Positions 60,054 through 64,000 of a stretch of DNA of 64,000 bases are shown piece by piece. The notes under the pieces are model-generated. The model searched no databases and had not been told where the DNA came from. It was given only the letters and a program-made list of their open reading frames with translations. The position numbers and the translations under genes were made by a program. The stretch spans positions 2,240,001-2,304,000 of the forward strand of contig OZ253665.1 of the NCBI GenBank assembly GCA_965263295.1. Reading direction: 5' to 3'. This stretch comes from Spirochaetia bacterium. GTDB taxonomy: Bacteria > Spirochaetota > Spirochaetia > SP-2023. The number at the start of each line of letters is the position of its first letter. Within the stretch, counting starts at the first letter, position 1.

Positions 60054-61358
60054 ATGTCCTCGAATTTGAACCCGCCTCCTATTTTGCCCCCTGATTTGAC
60101 CTCGCGTTTGCCCGTGTCTCTGCCCGTGCCTCTGCCTGGCGGGCACATTTGCAGTCCCCGTGGCTTTTGGGCGGATGGCCGCGCCGCCGGCTTCCGGGCG
60201 CAAAATCCGCAGCGCCTGGACCTGGCGCTGCTGTATTCCGAAAAATTATGTAGTGCGGCCGGCGTGTTTACGCAGAATCTGTTCTGCGCCGCGCCGGTTG
60301 TCGTGACCCGCGATTCCCTCAAGCGCGACAATCGCTTGCAGGCCCTGCTGTGCAACAGCGGGCAAGCCAATGCCGGAACGGGCGCACAGGGTTTGGAAAT
60401 AGCGCGCTGGAAGCAGGAGTTGCTGCACCAGAAACTGGGCCTGGCGCAGCGGGACCACGCCGCTGTCATGTCGACGGGGGTCATTGGCGTGCTCCCCTGC
60501 CGCGAGAAGATTGCCCGCGGCCTGAGTCAGATGGAACTGGCACGTGATGCCGTCGCCGCCGCGCGTTTCAGCCAGGCCATTCTGACCACGGACAGCCGCA
60601 CCAAGACCGGCGCCTACCAATTGGAAATTGACGGCCAGACGGTGACCCTCGCGGGCAGCGCCAAAGGTTCGGGTATGATCCACCCCGACATGGCGACGAT
60701 GCTGGGCTTTATCACCACCGATGCCACGGTGGAACCCGGTTTTCTGCAAGAGCTGTTGCGCGGCAGCGTCGAACGCTCCTTCAATCGCATTAGCGTTGAC
60801 GGCGATACTTCGACGAACGACACCGTGTTGATTTTCGCCAACGGCCTGGCCGGCAACGCGCCGATTCAGCGGCGCCACCCGCAGTGGCCGGAATTCCGGC
60901 AAGCCTTGGAACTCCTGTGCCAGGACCTGGCCCAGGCCATCGTGCGCGACGGCGAGGGCGCGACCAAGTTCATCGAAGTCGAAGTCGTCGGCGCGCCCAC
61001 GGAGCGGGCCGCGGCCCTCTGCGCCCGCCACGTGGTCTCCTCAAACCTGTTTAAGGCGGCCATGTATGGGGAAGACATCAACTGGGGACGGATTGCCTGT
61101 GCGGTGGGCAACAGCGGCGCCAGGATCTCGACCACGCGGCTGAGTATCACGGTGGGCCGGCCCGACAATCCGGCCGCCATTTGCGTCCTGGACTCCAATT
61201 GCCCGCAGCCTTTCAGTGAAGAGCAAGCCGCGCGCCTGCTTTCGCGGCCAGAAATTTACATTTGCGTCGACCTGCACCAAGGGCTCAGCCGCGCCACCGC
61301 CTGGGGCAGCGATTTATCCGTCGCTTACGTTGAAATCAACGCGCACAAGCGCTCGTGA
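60054..61358 (+). CDS. argJ: Ornithine acetyltransferase/N-acetylglutamate synthase
   Basis: NSGQANAGTG, STGVIG, ILTTD, AKGSGMIHPDMATML, DGDTSTND, DGEGATK, NWGR; start placed at ATG 60054. Confidence 0.95.
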   Translation: MSSNLNPPPILPPDLTSRLPVSLPVPLPGGHICSPRGFWADGRAAGFRAQNPQRLDLALLYSEKLCSAAGVFTQNLFCAAPVVVTRDSLKRDNRLQALLCNSGQANAGTGAQGLEIARWKQELLHQKLGLAQRDHAAVMSTGVIGVLPCREKIARGLSQMELARDAVAAARFSQAILTTDSRTKTGAYQLEIDGQTVTLAGSAKGSGMIHPDMATMLGFITTDATVEPGFLQELLRGSVERSFNRISVDGDTSTNDTVLIFANGLAGNAPIQRRHPQWPEFRQALELLCQDLAQAIVRDGEGATKFIEVEVVGAPTERAAALCARHVVSSNLFKAAMYGEDINWGRIACAVGNSGARISTTRLSITVGRPDNPAAICVLDSNCPQPFSEEQAARLLSRPEIYICVDLHQGLSRATAWGSDLSVAYVEINAHKRS

Positions 61359-61637
61359 ATGGCCGCAGGAATGTTGCGCTGTAATTTTGCGCCGTAATTT
61401 TTCGTTGGTCGAGCTTTACAAATTAAAATTTATTATTATACTCTGATGCCAATTCAAGGATAATATTTCAAAATAGCATTTTTGGCGAAAAAGCAGAATC
61501 CATAATCCGCAACGGATCCCTTGCGGCACTTTGCTCCCTGAATATCTATTTTGGAGTTTAGGCCTTGCCTGGAAATATCCTGCCGGGAAAATATATTGCC
61601 GGCATTGAAGGGATAAAATTTAGGTACAGGAGTGCAT

Positions 61638-62441
61638 ATGGAAGAAGTATTGGAGATGCCCGGCAAAGATTGCCCGATAGAAAAAATGCCGGGGCACTGG
61701 CTATTGGCCAGACTGGGCAAAAAGGTCCTGCGGCCCGGCGGCAAGGCCCTGACGAAAGAAATGCTGCAGGCCCTGCAAATTAATTCTCGCGACAGGGTGG
61801 TCGAGTTCGCTCCCGGCCTGGGCTTTACGGCCAAGCTATGCCTGCAACAGGGCCCGCAAAAATATACCGCCATTGAACAGAATAAAGAGGCGGCTCGCCT
61901 CGTCAATTCTTACTTGAATGGCGAAGATCAGACTTGCAAGATTGCCAATGCCCAAGATACCGGCCTGGAAGCTGCCGGCACCGATGTCGTCTATTGCGAG
62001 GCGATGTTGACCATGCAGTCGGATCATCAAAAAGCCGCGATCATTGCCGAGGCGGCCAGGATTCTCGGCGAAAAAGGTCGTTACGGTGTGCACGAGCTCT
62101 GCATTGTGCCCAATGACATTGATGAAAATAAGATGCGGGAGATTCAGAAGGCTGTTGTGCAGGCCATACAGTCGCCGTCAACACCCCTGACGCCCGCGGC
62201 GTGGAAGGAAAAATTCAGGGACGGCGGCTTTTCCGTGGTTTATGAGAAGCTGGCGCCGATGCACCTGCTGGAACTCAGGCGCATGATTGATGACGAAGGG
62301 ATCGCCGGCGTGTTGAAAATTGCCAAAAATCTGCTGCGCAGCCCCAAGTCGAGAATCAGGTTGCTGGGCATGTACAGAGTATTTAGGAAATACCGGGATA
62401 ACCTGGCCGCCATTGCGCTGGTTTCGAACCGGCAAGGATGA
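61638..62441 (+). CDS. Class I SAM-dependent methyltransferase
   Basis: GHWLLARLGKKVLRPGG, VEFAPGLG (motif I), EAMLTMQ; AGGAG RBS. Confidence 0.88.
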   Translation: MEEVLEMPGKDCPIEKMPGHWLLARLGKKVLRPGGKALTKEMLQALQINSRDRVVEFAPGLGFTAKLCLQQGPQKYTAIEQNKEAARLVNSYLNGEDQTCKIANAQDTGLEAAGTDVVYCEAMLTMQSDHQKAAIIAEAARILGEKGRYGVHELCIVPNDIDENKMREIQKAVVQAIQSPSTPLTPAAWKEKFRDGGFSVVYEKLAPMHLLELRRMIDDEGIAGVLKIAKNLLRSPKSRIRLLGMYRVFRKYRDNLAAIALVSNRQG

Positions 62442-62574
62442 TATCGGTCGGCATTAAATACTGCCCAAATGCCTCGTCATGTTTTCGAGCCATTCTTGGT
62501 AGTCTGACGAGGCCCGCCGTCCCCTCTCGCCGTCTGGGACAAAAAGTCTATTTTTGCGTTTTCGCGATTGCCGG

Positions 62575-62686
62575 TGGCCCGGAAATGATTCGGGCGCAGC
62601 CTGCTGTCATATTTTTTGCCAGCAAAGCATCCTCATTTTGTACCGGGGTCAATCTGCTTGTCGATGGAGGCTTAGTTTGCCACTAA
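62575..62686 (+). pseudogene. C-terminal remnant of a short-chain dehydrogenase
   Basis: PAVIFFASKASSFCTGVNLLVDGG matches the SDR C-terminal motif; no Rossmann N-terminus upstream. Confidence 0.65.
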
Positions 62687-62833
62687 AACCCTGAATCAAG
62701 GGCTTCGTTTCACTGGCGGAAAATCTTTGTGCCACAAGCGCTATATTCAATTGTATAGAATCAAAAAACACTTTTGTGAACCGCGCGGCGCTAAAACCGA
62801 CGTATAAAATATTCCGGGTGGTTTCGATTTTTA

Positions 62834-62862
62834 TTGATAAAAACTCCTTTCGGTTTTACAAT
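62834..62862 (+). promoter_or_regulatory. Sigma70-type promoter
   Basis: TTGATA (62834-39), 17 nt spacer, TACAAT (62857-62). Confidence 0.55.
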
Positions 62863-62931
62863 ATTCTGAGGTCTAGAACTTATTTTTATTCATTGGCTGT
62901 TTCCAGCTATTTGTAATCAGAGGAATGTATT

Positions 62932-64000
62932 ATGAAATCAAAATCTATAATCTCTTGGCTAGCTTTGGCTTGCGCCTTGCTGGCATTCGCCTGCAACAAA
63001 AGCAGCGATGGCGCCGCGGAAGGTTCCGCACAAAAAAAGAGTATTGTGATCTACCAGAACAAGGTGGAAATCCACGAGGCCCTAAGTGATTTTGCCGCAG
63101 CCTACACAGGCGAAACGGGCGTGGAAGTCATCGTTAAGACTTCTGGTGGGGGTATGGACTACGCTGGAATGTTGAAGGCGGAATTTCAGTCCGACCGTCA
63201 ACCGGATGTATTTTGTATTGAAGGTATGGGTCATTATGAGACCTGGAAGGATCAGCTGGAACCTTTCAGCGACCAGGAATGGATGGACCATACTAATTTG
63301 GCTTTTCAAGCGGATGGCCAGACTTGGGGCTTCCCCGTGTCCATTGAGGGCTGGGGTCTCGCTTATAACGAGGCCATGCTGGACACAGCGGGCATCGGCC
63401 CCGCGACCCTGACGTCACAGGAGGCGTTCGCCGCCGCCTTCGCCAAGTTGGACTCCATGAAGGACGAGCTGGGAATTGACTCCGTCGTGGCCATGGCCGC
63501 CGGCCCGGAAATGACTTGGGTAACGGGTAACCACAACTTTAACGGTTATCTCTTGGCCGGCCTGCCCTACGGTGACCACACGGTCATCGACCAGCTCAAC
63601 AACGGCGAGGTGGACTCCGCCCGTCTGGCCGAATACGCCGACTGGGTGGAACTGCTCTTCAACTACGCCGACAGGCGCGTCTTGCTGACGGGCAATTATG
63701 ACGCTCAGGTCGCTCAGTTCGCCACCCAGAAGTCGGTATTTATCCACCAGGGCAACTGGATTGACCCCTGGCTCGTGGAAAACGGCGTCGACTTTGAAAT
63801 GGGTTTTGCTCCCCACGCGTCAGTTTCAGGCGAACACAACGCCATCTTCATCGGGGCTCCTTCGTTCTACGTCGTCAACAAGGGCAGCCCATCCAAGCAG
63901 GAAGTCAACGACTTTCTCAATTATTTGGCCACCGACCCCAAGGGCTGGGACTACATGGTGGAGCAGGCCAAAATGGTGCCGGCCTTCACCAACATAGACC
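62932..64000 (+). CDS. Sugar ABC transporter substrate-binding lipoprotein, partial (runs off the window; not in ORF track)
   Basis: GAGG RBS; MKSKSIISWLALACALLAFA-CNKS lipobox; YQNKVEI, GFPVSIEGWGLAYN, FIHQGNW. Confidence 0.9.
   Translation, partial: MKSKSIISWLALACALLAFACNKSSDGAAEGSAQKKSIVIYQNKVEIHEALSDFAAAYTGETGVEVIVKTSGGGMDYAGMLKAEFQSDRQPDVFCIEGMGHYETWKDQLEPFSDQEWMDHTNLAFQADGQTWGFPVSIEGWGLAYNEAMLDTAGIGPATLTSQEAFAAAFAKLDSMKDELGIDSVVAMAAGPEMTWVTGNHNFNGYLLAGLPYGDHTVIDQLNNGEVDSARLAEYADWVELLFNYADRRVLLTGNYDAQVAQFATQKSVFIHQGNWIDPWLVENGVDFEMGFAPHASVSGEHNAIFIGAPSFYVVNKGSPSKQEVNDFLNYLATDPKGWDYMVEQAKMVPAFTNID

Noticed and set aside
1..64000. tRNA, rRNA, tmRNA, SRP or RNase P RNA, riboswitches, transposases
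   Set aside because: No signature recognised by eye; a covariance-model scan would be needed to exclude divergent RNAs.

Overview
A 64-kb chromosomal window, most likely from a spirochaete. The evidence is a Borrelia-like L34 ending [10 protein letters not shown], a BAPKO_0422/DUF3996-like outer-membrane barrel and several lipoproteins. Content in order: two sugar ABC loci with a GH130 mannoside phosphorylase and a LacI regulator; a Pseudomonas/Burkholderia-type class Ia ribonucleotide reductase with tandem NrdR boxes; ppdK; a DNA-methylase remnant; sdhAB without a membrane anchor, divergent from an AspT/YidE transporter and malic enzyme; an OPT transporter; an ascorbate (ula) cluster lacking its PTS; asd, tpx and a split GshF; nucleotide-sugar and glycosyltransferase genes; ffh; rpmH-rnpA-yidD-yidC-jag; glycogen genes; a ~1770-aa modular Ig/cadherin-like lipoprotein; argJ; a methyltransferase; and a partial ABC binding protein. 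No rRNA, tRNA, CRISPR or transposase was recognised. Main finding: NrdA stops before its essential C-terminal redox-cysteine tail. That tail (YCMLNDQDCEACQ) is encoded by a separate 49-aa gene with its own RBS between nrdA and nrdB, and the peptide begins with an NrdB-like N-terminus (MLNWDE). This is a candidate three-component RNR with a free-standing, trans-acting redox tail. All family calls come from recognising motifs by eye; no database searches were run.
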